A DNA stretch of 60,069 nucleotides, counting the filler, from Basidiobolus ranarum (taxonomy: Eukaryota), in NCBI GenBank assembly GCA_040143965.1. It is 13 parts of 13 records of this genome, joined end to end, with 100 filler letters (N's around TTAATTAATTAA, not from the genome) between each part and the next. Parts side by side here need not be neighbours in the genome. Positions count along the whole stretch, not along the records: positions 1 to 4,542 come from JASJQH010008797.1; positions 4,643 to 9,180 come from JASJQH010008798.1; positions 9,281 to 13,816 come from JASJQH010008799.1; 10 more parts are not named here. One strand, 5' to 3'. The first letter of the stretch is position 1; every line of letters begins with the position of its first letter. The notes beneath the pieces are model-generated. The model was not told the origin of the DNA and searched no databases. It saw only the letters and a list, made by a program, of their open reading frames with translations. Shown here one piece after another: positions 1 through 12,684 of the stretch. The translations under genes were made by a program, and so were the position numbers.

Positions 1-181
1 AGTTTGGGGCTTCTAGCACAAGTTTGAAAAAATCTATATATCTGAGAACTTCTAAGTTGGTAAAAATATTCTAAGTAAATTCCAATTGAGAATAATTGAT
101 AATATCTTAGTTCATTATAAGATAACTAAGTACTAAGCTATATATGACTATATAGGTGTTTAGGCAATGCTAATTTCAACA
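1..181 (-). mobile_element. Partial copia LTR (family A), cut by the window start
   Basis: Colinear with the LTR copies at 28661-29007 and 40549-40890; ends in TTTCAACA (TGTTGAAA on the minus strand). Confidence 0.75.
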
Positions 182-3100
182 CAATCCACCTATAATCAGA
201 AATTTTAGTAATCAATAAAATCTATCTGTATGTATTGAAAACCTAATACTGAATGCCCTGACCAAACAAAACCATGTGAAAGAGTAGTGAGACCTTAGCT
301 TTTGTGCATAGTACTGTAGTTCAATATAGGATGAATAAGTACTAAGTTATGTATGACTATGTAGATGTTTAGGTAATGCTAATTTCCACATTTGCTACAT
401 AAGTCACCATATTCTGTAACGAATAAACCAACAAAGCAATGTCACCAGTTTTGCTGAGAACAAGTATATTTGTTGAAATTGGTATTGCCTAAGCACCTAT
501 ATAGTGAAAATCATTAATTTCTCTAGTCCTCCAAGCCACTTCGTTATTATAAGGTTTCATGCTTTTCTTTTTCTCCAGATTCATGTAATTCCAGATCTCT
601 TATTCACTAAGTGCTAGAGAGCATAAACCCTAACTTTCACGACATATTGAGCCAAGATTGGATACCCATACTCATGTGGTCAACTTTATAAAGTTAGTGG
701 TGAAAGTTCAAACTCCATAAGCTTATGAAAAAGCTTCGTAGAGTCAGTGACTATACCTAATAAATTCTAGAAATAGATTTTTGTGAAATTCTGTGCAAAC
801 TCACTTTTATAGGAATGTAGTAGATATCTTGGAGGCATGCATGAGATGGTTAATTGACAGCAATATAAATAATAATGAGAAAACCAGGCAGTGCATCTAT
901 ACTTTTGATGAGGGGATTAATCCACTGTACATATCAAAACATCTATCGGGCATCTAAACTCATACTAACTTGATCAATGAAAATAATAACGACTCATGTT
1001 CTTCATTTGTATTATCCATTGTAAGCTCAAATAGCCAAATCCATGTGGTCATAAGATTGTCATCAACTCATACATGCCATACCATGGTTATTTGGCTTTC
1101 TGTGATCTTAATACTAGCAAATAATCTCATTAGATAGTCCCAAACATTGCAAAGTCAATATTCATACATCAAGAGTAAGTATCAAAAGTATACTTGATAT
1201 CTAAAAAGGCAAGGCACTATCCCAAGTCACCAACTGAATACAGTGATAGCCATATAATATATAGACTTGATTGGTATGGGATGTCACTATTCCCAGTGGT
1301 TTAATGCGGCGTTCAGAGAATTTGATGATTCAAATTAGTTGCCAAATTTGATCATCTCTAAGTATTTCTAAATTGGCTTGTACTGGGTTTCTTTTCGTAT
1401 GCTGATTGGTAGTGGCTTTAATGAGCCAAGTAATGTAACTTTTCAAGCAATAGAGATCATTAATTCAATAATCTATACCATTGGAACATGCAGCTTCGAG
1501 GTCACAGGGAACTGTGTGGGGGAGGGAAGAAACATGTATTACTAGCGAATCCATGGTAAATACATCTTTCATGCATCCAAAGTAAGTTAGATGGTGAATT
1601 TTATTTAACCAATATCTAGCATTCAAACGAACATATTGGAGAGGGTGCATTCAGCAATTAACCAGTTTTAAACTTGTTCAATGAAGTGTTCTTATGAAGA
1701 TATGTATACAGAGTCACTGCCACTACAAAGCATTGCGACTCTTGCAAGTTATGAATGGTAAACGAATCAATAAATCATCGCACGATGAAGTGAGTCGACT
1801 AGATCTAGTCAAATCACCTCCTGTTACTTCCGCGCTTGAATTACACGGTAAGGTGATTCCGCAGATGGAAAAGTTACCCTAAGACCTTGGTAAATGATTA
1901 CCTTTGTGCATTGATTGGGGCTGCTCGTGATATGATATGATTTGGCTTGGAGCAATCTAGCAATCAAATGGGCGGTCACTTTGATACGATTGAACCTTTT
2001 CTTACCAAACCATAACCCATCTAGTCATACCTCATTTACTGTTCCAAAATTGTCATTCAAATCATACCCATTTGGTTCCAAAATCACCGCGCATGGTTAA
2101 ACAGGTTTCTGGATCCATTTCGACCCGTTCCCTCTTGAAAGAAATCTCATGTCGTACTAATTGTTCGCTACAGACCCACCCACCCCAATTTAGTCAAGTG
2201 AACCTGGTTGCTAGTGTCCTCTAGGTTTCCACTCACATAGGGTCACTTTGTGGTTTTGGAGACTCCGAAACTTCAAAACCTGATCACTGACTCTATCCTG
2301 TATTCGGGCATGTTGACAAAGATCTCAGGGATGACATACCAAGAGAAGCACATGCACTGAAATGGTACTTACTAGGTGCCTTAGCTCAAGTCGATGATGA
2401 TTGTATTCCACTTGTATTCATGAACCACCAACACCATCCTTGTTACAGTATCATCAGAGCGCATGGTTACAATTTGCCTTACTATGGTACGGAATCAAGT
2501 TACTGAACTTCCCTTGAACCCCATACCAAATGCGAAATTCAAGGGGATTTTATCACTGAAACCTGTCAATGCCGGGTAGAGCTATTGGTCAGGTTTACCA
2601 TGGGCACTAGCTTCCACATACTAACTTGAATGTACAGCATTTTCGTTGGAATACGCATATTAACCTTCCTGGCACTAAGCATACTTGGTGCTTACCGCAT
2701 GGAAGCATTTCAATTGGAAGTGAGGCTTTCAGATGGATCTCCGTGTCTTTCAATTGAGTCCATGTCATATCACTGCTACAAACTCCTCTCCCCCGTCAAA
2801 TACAAACAAGGGTTGGCGATGAATGGGGACACTCCCGATAATCATACGAGTTGGTCCGCTCTCATCAATATGGAGATTCGTTGGTATCAGGTTTGAGGAA
2901 ACGCAAAGTGATTTAGCCAAATTAGATTTATTGAATTTGGAGGGGGGGAGAGAAAATTAAGCGATTTAATGATGTGTGAGTTATATATCTATACAAGATT
3001 GTGGATTAAGTGTGAACGAATTCCTAGTCCAGATCAATCAATGACTGGGAAGACGTTTGTTACTACATCATTCATGATGAAATCCATTCCAAATGAAATT

Positions 3101-3193
3101 GGATTTCACAAGCGTAGAAATTAGGCAGATAGTAATTATGGTACATGAAAAGTAACAAATGGCAATAGGAATATACTGTGTGCAGCTAGAAAA

Positions 3194-4429
3194 TTAATAT
3201 CTTTTCACATTCATATTGCGTTTCAACTCGACCTCCTCCGTGAAATGGTTGTGATAACCCTGGGTAGTTTCACAGTTGTTGCAAACCTCAATCCGTTTGA
3301 ACCACTCGTCTTCAAGAATATCCTGAACAGTAATCCGTTCACTGGGATTAGGCTCTAGTATACGCATCAAGAGCTCACGACAACCAGGTGGTAGCTTATT
3401 AAGTGGTTCGTAAGTTCCAAGACGTCGAAGTTCCAGAAAATTCTTGTAATTAGGGTCGTTTTTAGTTGCCGTACGGAAGGGGATGCCATGATATGTCATT
3501 GCGTAATAAACAATCCCACACGCCCAAATATCTACCTCCCGAGCATCATATTCTTTGCTGGTAAATGCCTCGGGTGCAATGTAAGGTTCAGAACCACAAA
3601 TCCCACGAGATAGGTGAGCTTGTCGTTCCCAGCACATCCTAAACACATCGGAGACTCCGAAATCGGTGATCTTTAAATGGCCATGGTCATCGAGGAGAAG
3701 ATTCTCTGGTTTGATATCTCGATGAGCAACGCCCATGGAATGCAAATATGCGACACCCTGTATAAGCTGCTTGAAACAGCAGTTGATCTCGGTGGTGGAC
3801 ATCCTACCGTTCTTGATGATATTGTACAAGTCACCACCTGGGCAGAACTCCATAACCTCACACCATCGATTATTTTCATCTAATACAAGGTCTATGGTTT
3901 CAACGACATTGGTATGATGTAACGATGAGGAGATACAAAACTCGGATGTAAGCTTCTTCACATATTCTCGCTCCCCTTCGTCCTTTCTGCGACGACGGAA
4001 GGACTTCACTGCGTACAATTTCTCATTCTCCGAGGAGCCAACATAATCAATCTTGTGTGCTAGACGAACAACTGCTGTTGCGCCTCTGCCAATACATCCC
4101 TTGTCGCAAACGTACTTCTTGTGTAGGAAATTCTCTCGTCTGACTCCCATCCGTTTGCAGTCACCATTTTCGGAAGGTGGGGGAGAGTTGAAGATACGTT
4201 GAAGGATATTCTTCTTTGTCTGTTCATTCTCAGTATCGTCCAAGTACGCGCTAGTGTTATCAGGTTCGGGGAGTGGGAGGGAAAGAACGTTGTTAGGGGA
4301 TGTCTTGGGGAAAGGGGACTTTGCGCTTCGAGCTGAAGCTTTTGTCTCACCAAAAAGTCCAGGCTCAGCCCTGCGACGGACATTTGAATCCATAGCGGGA
4401 GCCCAAAAGTCGGGGGAAAAGGTGACCAT
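3194..4429 (-). CDS. Ser/Thr protein kinase, HAL family (Hrk1/Sat4/Npr1-like)
   Basis: Intronless 411-aa ORF with GRGATAVV, YAVK, KKLTSEFCISSSLHHTNVVETIDL (typical of fungal HAL kinases), HRDIKPEN, DFG, GSEPYIAPE and DIWACG. Confidence 0.92.
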   Translation of the reverse strand: MVTFSPDFWAPAMDSNVRRRAEPGLFGETKASARSAKSPFPKTSPNNVLSLPLPEPDNTSAYLDDTENEQTKKNILQRIFNSPPPSENGDCKRMGVRRENFLHKKYVCDKGCIGRGATAVVRLAHKIDYVGSSENEKLYAVKSFRRRRKDEGEREYVKKLTSEFCISSSLHHTNVVETIDLVLDENNRWCEVMEFCPGGDLYNIIKNGRMSTTEINCCFKQLIQGVAYLHSMGVAHRDIKPENLLLDDHGHLKITDFGVSDVFRMCWERQAHLSRGICGSEPYIAPEAFTSKEYDAREVDIWACGIVYYAMTYHGIPFRTATKNDPNYKNFLELRRLGTYEPLNKLPPGCRELLMRILEPNPSERITVQDILEDEWFKRIEVCNNCETTQGYHNHFTEEVELKRNMNVKRY

Positions 4430-4542
4430 CTTGAAATAGAATATTGATGAATGGTCTTTACAAATCTGAATTGATGTCTAGCTGTTGCAAGTCGAAATAG
4501 ATGCTAATCTGCCGCGTTGAAGTCGAATATCGTAAGCTGTTG

Positions 4543-4642
4543 NNNNNNNNNNNNNNNNNNNNNNNNNNNNNNNNNNNNNNNNNNNNTTAATTAATTAANN
4601 NNNNNNNNNNNNNNNNNNNNNNNNNNNNNNNNNNNNNNNNNN
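4543..4642. other. Artificial contig linker (44N-TTAATTAATTAA-44N); also at 9181-9280, 13817-13916, 18451-18550, 23083-23182, 27713-27812, 32341-32440, 36969-37068, 41594-41693, 46217-46316, 50836-50935, 55454-55553
   Basis: Identical 100-nt spacers with stops in all six frames; the segments between them shrink steadily from 4542 to 4516 nt. Confidence 0.99.
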
Positions 4643-4819
4643 ATTTACCTAATTTCAACATTTCTGTGATGGGGGGATCTAGCAGCCAATACCTCAGAAA
4701 TCCAGGATCTCAATCATTTTGACAAGGAGAATATCAAGCCGGTATCCACACCAGTGCATCTCAATGTGAAATGAATCAAATTTCATCCCATGAGGCCAAA
4801 AATGGCTTAAATCAAAGCC

Positions 4820-5510
4820 AAGAGTTCCCTGTTCAGTCAACAGTGGGTTGTTTTGTGTGTATATAATTGTTGGAATTTGTCCAGATATTGTGGTGGCAGT
4901 TGGATATATCAGCCAACACCTCAGAAAACCAAGATCTGAGCACAAAACTGCTGTAAACAACTGTCAGGTTCTTTAGAGGAAGTGTAGATCTAGTTCTGTA
5001 ATAATCTGGCCCTTCTGATGCACAAAATGTGGAAGGCTAAGGTGATCCAGATTGGGGAAGAAGCCATGTGGATTGAAGATCAGCAACTGGCTACATGTTT
5101 CTCTATGGTAATGGAGCCATAACTTGGAATAGTAACAAGTAACCAGCCATAGCATTTTTCTTTAAAGAGGCAAAGTATATGGCTGCTTCTGCTACTACAC
5201 ATGGAGCTATGTGGCTAAGTAAGTTATTATAGACTTAGGATACATGCAAAAATGTGCTATTATCTTGAAGATAATCAAAGTTGTATTTCATTAGCTAAAA
5301 GCTGCATATTTCATAACAGAAAAATACATATATATATTGGCCATCATTTTGTTAGAGAAGCAAAAGAGAACAATACAATAGCATTGACTCATTGCCCTGC
5401 CAAAGGAATGATTGCAGACATCTCTGCCAAACCATTAGCTGAAACTTAATTTGAATTATCAACTTATAAGTAAGGTTTAAGACAAATGCAAATACTTAGT
5501 TGAGTAGGAA
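4820..5510 (+). mobile_element. Decayed Ty1/copia RT C-terminus and RNase H, followed by PPT and the start of a 3' LTR (TG at 5511)
   Basis: Broken frames give EFPVQSTVG, PDIVVAVGYISQHL, RSATGYMF, EDNQSCISLAK, HHFVRE and MIADISAKPL; then AGTTGAGTAGGAA|TGTT. Confidence 0.8.
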
Positions 5511-5939
5511 TGTTAAAATAGGTAAATAGCAACTCATTATTTAGTAGTTTGCTTATGTTTATTCTGATTGTTTAGCACTTGAATCTGCCATCCATTAACA
5601 TGTGCTTATTGCTCTACTTGATAGATATATCAATTAGGTAACTTGTAATAATTTCGCTATTTTCTTCAAGGTTTTCCAAAGCATCCAAAATTTTCACTCA
5701 TGATTTACTGGCATGTTTGGCAAAGTCTAAGCACATCCAATAGTACCATTTTGTGGTAAACTACAATTAGGACATATTCTATTCAACAAAATCAAGTGTA
5801 TAATTCTACATCTAATTCTTGTCCTAAACATATCCATATCCCCTGAACACCTTTATCACAAATGACCCATCCAGTGATTACCAATTTGTATACCATTAAG
5901 AGACTGTAGCTGCAACAAAATATAACTACTTACTACCAT

Positions 5940-8900
5940 TTACTTACCATCTAATAATCATCAAGCTAGATTTTGTTTGAATCAATTTTATTAGTTTCAA
6001 GTGTGAAATTTCAACACCTTTCAAGAAAGTTGCACTTGATTGGCTACAATCTCAGATAACTATGAATCAACACATGAGCACAAAATGTAAAACAAATTTT
6101 ATGCAACTCCCACTCGAATACTATTTTGTCACCTTCAAAATCTCTAGTTTGTTTGATATACTCTCCTGAATATTCTTATAGAGCTCTTCATACTCAAGAT
6201 ATGACTTATATCCCACATGAATTTTTATTAATAGCTCCATTAAAGCCCACTATTGCAATGATGTTGTTGAATCAACATTCTTCCAGCTATCTGGTGGATA
6301 CCCTGCAATATTGTGTTGCTCATTATTAGGCTCTTCCCAGATATCTGCATGATCAACACCCAACTGAATGTCAAGTTAAATGTTCTTCTTCTAAAGCAAC
6401 TTTCTGCACACTTGCATGCCATGTCTCCCTTCATAACTTTGAAAATACTCTTAAAGTGCTTTTACTATTTCAGTATGTGCTGGTGGTGTGACAGTATTTT
6501 GTCTACTTTGCAGGGTTTGGACAGCTTTTTGTTTGCCTTTAAGATGGGGTTAATTTTGACACTTTGAAATATACCAGTTGAGATTGGAGAGCTGTGAGTT
6601 TTATTTGCTGGTGTTTTAGCTTGTTGGGATGTACCAGGTGCTGGATAAACTTTTGGCTTTGGTACTCTTGCAGCTGGTATACTTGGATGCATGATGATAT
6701 TAGGCCACTTTGCCCATGTCTCTGCTGGTATATCAGACTCCACAAATACAGATGTTCATAATGGTGTGAATATATTGGTCAGTAAGATAGCAGTGCTTAA
6801 ACTCACTGGTTCCTTTGCTTTGCCCTTGATTGTACTAACTAACTTCCTTGTCCTTGATCACATTTTTGATTCTTTTCTTTGTTTTCCAAGACAACAATTG
6901 CATATATTTTTGAGATATTTAATGAATATGCTTATGCTAGACCATTTGCCATATGTATGCAAAAGCACAGGATAGGCCATATGGAATAAGCCAAGAACCT
7001 TCTGAGTAATGCCTGGTTGTTGGTTTTCCACAATTGGCCTAAATCAATGTGATTTTGGCAAGATTCCACCCTGTTTCCAAAATGTGAAGCCATTAATTAT
7101 TAGAGTATGTGATAACAGCTCTGACATTCAGAGTCTTTTGTTTTGATGGTTTTCCTGTGCAATTTCTACTTCAATGTGCACAAGCAATTTTGGGTTGTTG
7201 TGTAGGCTTAGTGGTCTGACACATGCTTTGCTCTGCAAAATTGTAATGGCAGTATTCATATGGATGATGTGAGATTGATTGAAATCCTGCATGAGAATTG
7301 ATGGTTGCTGTAGTTAAAGTACAAAATTCTGTGGTCTTGCTTCAATATTTAGTAACTTACTAACAGTTGACTAGTTGCTTCAGAATGTGGCATTAATTGC
7401 AAAATTGATGGCCTGTGTAGCAACTTTGTAGTTTTTACTTAGGATTGGGTACAAGTCTTTGTGGTGTACTGCCTGAGATTTTGTGGTGGTAATATTTCTA
7501 TCCAAATTTTCCATGGAGAGATGTTCAATAGCTGGCAAAGTGTGCATGTTGGAAGTTATCTGATTTGACAGTGTTCCTGCTGAACTTTGCTCAACTGCTG
7601 ATTTACTCTGCAATTGTGGGACCATAATCTCTTCACTGGCACTGTTGCTAGAAAGAGAAACATATGTATATGGTGGCACAATTAATGATTCCTTGTCACT
7701 TGAGTTTATTCCCAGCATGTTGCTGCCAAAGTGAGTATTAGATTGCAACAATGGTCAACAATTAGGTCATCTATTTTTGCTGGTTTGTTCCTTTTGTGAC
7801 AGCAGGCTTTTGCTTGCAAGCCAATTTTGTTTTTGACTTTGAATGCTTTTTGAATGGCTTTGAAATTTTCAGATTGTAAACTTGGTGTTATGAAATTGCT
7901 TAGAAAAAGGTTATAATAAATCAGGCTGCCATTCATTCCCAGAAATACCTTGTGAATCATAGGTGATACTGTCCCAGAAACACCTGATGATACAGATGGG
8001 AAATACTCAAATGCCAACCTTGCATAATGTGTGTTCTTTTTCTAAAATATCCTTTTCTTGCTGCAACACAAATATTTAAAGAAGACCTGCTATTAATATC
8101 ACAAATTATTGTGCTATGAAAGCCAGAGGCTTCATAGAAAATGATCACAAGCATGATCACTTTAATAAGCCACCAACTGCACAATGCCTGGTATGTGTAT
8201 ATATAACAACTTCAGTTATGCACACCAAGTCCATTAGCTGTGCTGTACCTCCATGTATGTGTAACACTGGTGAAAGTTGATATACCATACAGTTGGGACA
8301 GATGTGTGACAAGAATGCCTTACCAAGAGAATCAATTTGATCTGGATTGGATCCAATATTTGGGATTGCAAAACCATTAGTGGACCATCAAATTATGGGT
8401 GGCTTATATTCTACCAGGGGTTTTGATGGTGAGCTGGTGGCTTTTTGCACCTACTTGATGAAATTTGTACATTGCAAAACATTGATCATCATATTTGGCA
8501 TTTGTTATGTAATTTCCAACAATTTTCATGCTAAACTAATGTTTGAATGGCAAATTACAAGATTTGCTGCTATGGGAATTTGAGTTTAAAAGCATGCCTT
8601 TATTTGGTTATCTTAATCTTTGTATTCCAGCCATTATGGGATTTAAAAAATACAAGAATCTTGTTGCGTTTAGTCTCTACATAGGTACATACTTGACTGA
8701 TCAAACATAACTCAACTACATCACTGTCCTCTACCAGCAAACTAATGATGGAGAAAATTACTAAGCATCTGAAATCTTGAATAGCACTGACACTTGGCAA
8801 ATAGCTGACTCATTTAACCATTTACAATCACAACAAGCTCTTGGATTCTGGCAAATTTCCATAGAGAATTATGCCGCAATATCCCCAACTTGTGGTCAGC

Positions 8901-9180
8901 ATATGTCCAGCTTTGAGTAGATATTTGATTACTTGAATTGATTATCTTGTGGCTATAGCACTAATACTGTATATCTGAATCCATCTCACCAAGAAGTCTG
9001 TCATGCAGCTTTCCTACAAATATCATCAGATTATCACACAACCAATTAGTCCAAATTATGGAGGAACTCACTCTGTGTGCATGGATAGGGCTTTGTTGCT
9101 GTCACTGTACTCAAATAATGCAAAAACCCATGAGCATATTGAAAAGCGCCCTTTGTTGGAAGTTCAAAATAGTCTGGAGT
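5940..9180 (-). mobile_element. Decayed CACTA/EnSpm-like element, internal and 3' portion
   Basis: Reverse-complement similarity to 10320-12684 and 37069-38056, and to the post-Tnp2 segment 39570-40330. Confidence 0.65.
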
Positions 9181-9280
9181 NNNNNNNNNNNNNNNNNNNN
9201 NNNNNNNNNNNNNNNNNNNNNNNNTTAATTAATTAANNNNNNNNNNNNNNNNNNNNNNNNNNNNNNNNNNNNNNNNNNNN

Positions 9281-10000
9281 AATACAATAATCACCCATCT
9301 GAACCCCATTAATTAACTGTTCAAATTCCAGAATCAAATGCTCCAAGAAGCTATCTATAAGCACTGGTGATATGAATCCAGATATGATGGATAGTATCAA
9401 AATATTATGACTCTTATACCATTCAGAAGGAGGAAGATATAAGTATATTACAATTATTGTCCAGCAAGCCATTCCAACAGTATATTTGTTTAGTGAGAAA
9501 CCATCCCAAGCCAATGCAAATGCATGATTATACATGTTCTCAAAGACACCTGGACTTTTCAGATTCTGGTAGTGCTATCCATCAAGTTTATTGTTAATAC
9601 CATCAGCTTTATGGTGAGTACTTTGGTATTGGATCAATGATCTATATTCAGGTGATTTCTTCAAAACTTTAAGACAGGGAATCAATGATTTGTAGGCCAA
9701 ATATGAATAATATTTGCCTGGTTTAGTGATGGCCAATTGTGCACAAACAATACATGACTTCAGGTTTTTCAGATCACTGTTGAAAGTAAAACAACCATTT
9801 TGACATGAAGGTAGTTTAATTACTGACGGATTTTAAGTCATGAATTGGTAAGTGTTTTCCACTTGTGCCAGGTCTATGGCAAGCAACAGTTGCCAATCAA
9901 CTGTGGTACAAGTGTAGGAAACCCAATAAACACCCGGTTGCTAAGATTATATTTGAACTCTCCACTCCTCGATAATCAAAGCTGCTTTCTTTGCTGTAAG
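9281..10000 (-). mobile_element. Decayed Tnp2 (Transposase_21-like) transposase of a CACTA/EnSpm element
   Basis: AFALAWDGFS...YLPPSEWYKSHNILILSIISG..SPVLIDSFLEHLILEFEQLINGV matches the DGF / NLPP / GP..P..ID.FL.PL..E..L..GV pattern of Tnp2. Confidence 0.75.
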
Positions 10001-10319
10001 TCTTATGAGTAGACTAATGTTTGCAAATAACAAAGAGTCCATAACAAAACCATTGTCCTCTTAAACCTCTGATATACTACCATCAGTATTGGAATAACTG
10101 AGGTTAAAATCCAGCAGCAAGTCCTCAAAGTTGTCTGGACTTTCTGCTTTCAAGACTTACTGATTCAGCCAAAGTTGCATTTCTACCTATTTTATTCTGG
10201 TCATATAACTGTGGTAACTCCACGGTATCTTGACTTTTGGTAGTGTTACCAAAACCTTAAGGCAAAGTACAGCCACTGGACTCAATGGGCAAAACTAAAG
10301 TCAATTTAGTGCACTTATT

Positions 10320-12684
10320 ACTGTTGTTGTATGCCAGGCTTTGTGCAGCTGGTAGCTTTGTATTGTGACTGTGCTTGTGAATATCTTTTCTATGAAGCCT
10401 CTGGCGTTCATAGCACAAGAATTTGTGACAATAATAGCAGGGCTTCTTTGAACATTTGTGTCACAGATTGAGAAGGATATTGTAGAAAAAGAACACCTCT
10501 AATGTAAGGGTGGTATCTTAGGTATTGCCCATCAATCTCATGAGCTGATTCCAACAAGGTGTCTCAGATGAGTCATCAGGGGATTTACAAGATAATTCCG
10601 GTAATGGATGACAATTCTGGTTTATTATAAGTTGTTTCTAAGCAATTTCATTACACAAAGTTTACCATCTGAAGATTTCAATGCCTTTCAAAAAGCTTTC
10701 AAAATCTAAAAAAAATTGGCTTCCAAGCCAAAGCTGGCTAGCACAAAAGGAAAAAAACCAGCAAGAATGGAGGACTTAATTGATGAGCAGTCTAGCAATC
10801 CACTATCCACTTTGGAAGCCATTAACATGCTGGAAACTAACTCAAGTAATGATGAACCATTAATCAATTTACCAGATGTGTTCCTTTCCAGCCATAGTTC
10901 AAGTGAAGAGATTGTAATCCCTCAACTACATAGTAAATCATTACTTAAGTAAAGTTCAACCCAAACACTGTCAAGACCAGCAACTTCCAAATGGCTACTT
11001 TGCCCACTATTGAACCACCCTATGTAGAAAATTTGGAAAGAACTATTGTAACAGGGGAATCTCAGGCAGAACACTGCAATGATTTGTATGCAGTCATAGG
11101 TAAAAGCTAAAAGATTGCTATACAGGCCATGACTAGCAACAACACCACAATATTGCAATTAATGCAGTGTTCAGAAGCAATTAGTCAACAGTTAGAGAGT
11201 CACTTAACAATGCTACAAGACGTCCAGAATGCTGTACTTGAGGGTACAGCAACATGCTGCTCCCTCCATACATTCTCATACAGGATTTCAATTAAATCAT
11301 ACCATACTTATGAACATTGCCATGACAATCTAGCAGAGCACACTATGTGTTGGACCATTAAGCCTACACAACAACCCAAAATTGCTTGGGCACATGAAGG
11401 TAGAAATCTCCAAGGATAACTGGCTAACCAAAAGACTCTGAATGTCAGAGCTGCCAGCACTTGCTCTGATGATGAGTGGTTTAACATTTTGGAAACTGCA
11501 TGGAATCTTGCCCAAAATTGCCTGGATTTGAGCCAATCATGGAAAAATCAAAAACTAGGCATTACTCTGAAGGTTCTTGACTTATTTCATGTGGCTTATC
11601 CTGGGTTTTTGGAAGCAAATGGCAATTAGGCTAGTATAGGCCTATTCATGAAACATCTCAAAAAGGTATGCAATTATCAACTTGGAATAGAAGTAAAAGC
11701 AGCTAAACAAGTATTCACGGAACCGGAAGTTAGTAAACCCAAGAAAAAAGCCAAGGAGTCAGTGAGCTTAGATTTTACTGTCCCAATTAGCAAATGCTTC
11801 ACACCATTACAACCATCTGCATTTCCAGAGTTATATACTTACAAAAAAGCTTAATTTCACTATGAAACCAGATAAACAGTTGCAAGATTGCTAAATTCCA
11901 AAGTTAATCCAACACCTGGCATCTCTCAACAAGCCAAAACACCAGTGAGTAAAACTCATAGCTTTGCAACCTCAACTACTACTTTTCAAAGTGTTGAAAT
12001 TAGCCCCACACTTGAAGGCAAGCACAAGCTAAACAAACACTGTAAAGCACCCTCAATAGTGTCACACTACAAGGACTTATGACAATGATAAAAGTGCTTG
12101 TGGAGTATTTTTAAAAGTATGAAGGGAAAAATGCAGTGCAAGTATATAGAAAGTGGCTTCAGAAGAGAAACTTTTAACTTGACATTCAGTCTGGTGTTTA
12201 CTGTGCTGATATATGGGAAGAACTTAAAACAGAGTGGCCCAGTATTGCAGGGTACCCACTAGATAGCTGGAAGAATGTTGATTTGGCAATCTTGATACAA
12301 TGGTGGGCTTAGATGGAAATATTGGTTCAAACTCATGTTGGATATGAGCTAAACCTTGGGTACATAGAACTCTATAAGAATACTCAGGAGTATATATGAA
12401 AGAAACTAGGAATTTTGAAGGTGACAAATTACCATTCAAGTGATATATGTGCAAACTTATAGTAACATTTTCTGCACATTCATTAATGCATAGTTTGCCA
12501 TGATCATAGCCAATCATGAGCAACTATTTTGCAAGATCTTGACATTTCACTCTTGAACTTGAAAAAATTGATTAAAATAAATCTAATTTGACAATCTTAT
12601 GAAAGTAAGTTAACAATTAATCTCAAATGGATTTAAACAGTGATGTTTTCCTACAATAACAATACTCCAATTTTGGTCAGGGTG
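10320..12684 (+). mobile_element. Decayed CACTA/EnSpm-like element, second-ORF region through the terminus (...GTCAGGGTG)
   Basis: Multi-copy within the window; the terminus matches those at 38056, 41050 and 32049 (consensus CACCCTAAC read inward). Confidence 0.65.

Noticed and set aside
780-1200. Faint LINE RT-like echo on the minus strand (LFILLSINHL)
   Set aside because: A single weak motif among many stops is not enough to call.
2340-2896. Possible spliced gene (intron-like GTAGAG..ACTAAC..CAG at ~2576-2637 before an 88-codon frame)
   Set aside because: No consistent upstream frame or recognisable product could be built.
4587-4598. TTAATTAATTAA repeated at regular ~4.6-kb intervals
   Set aside because: Artificial linker embedded in N runs; ORFs ending in ...LIN are artefacts of it.
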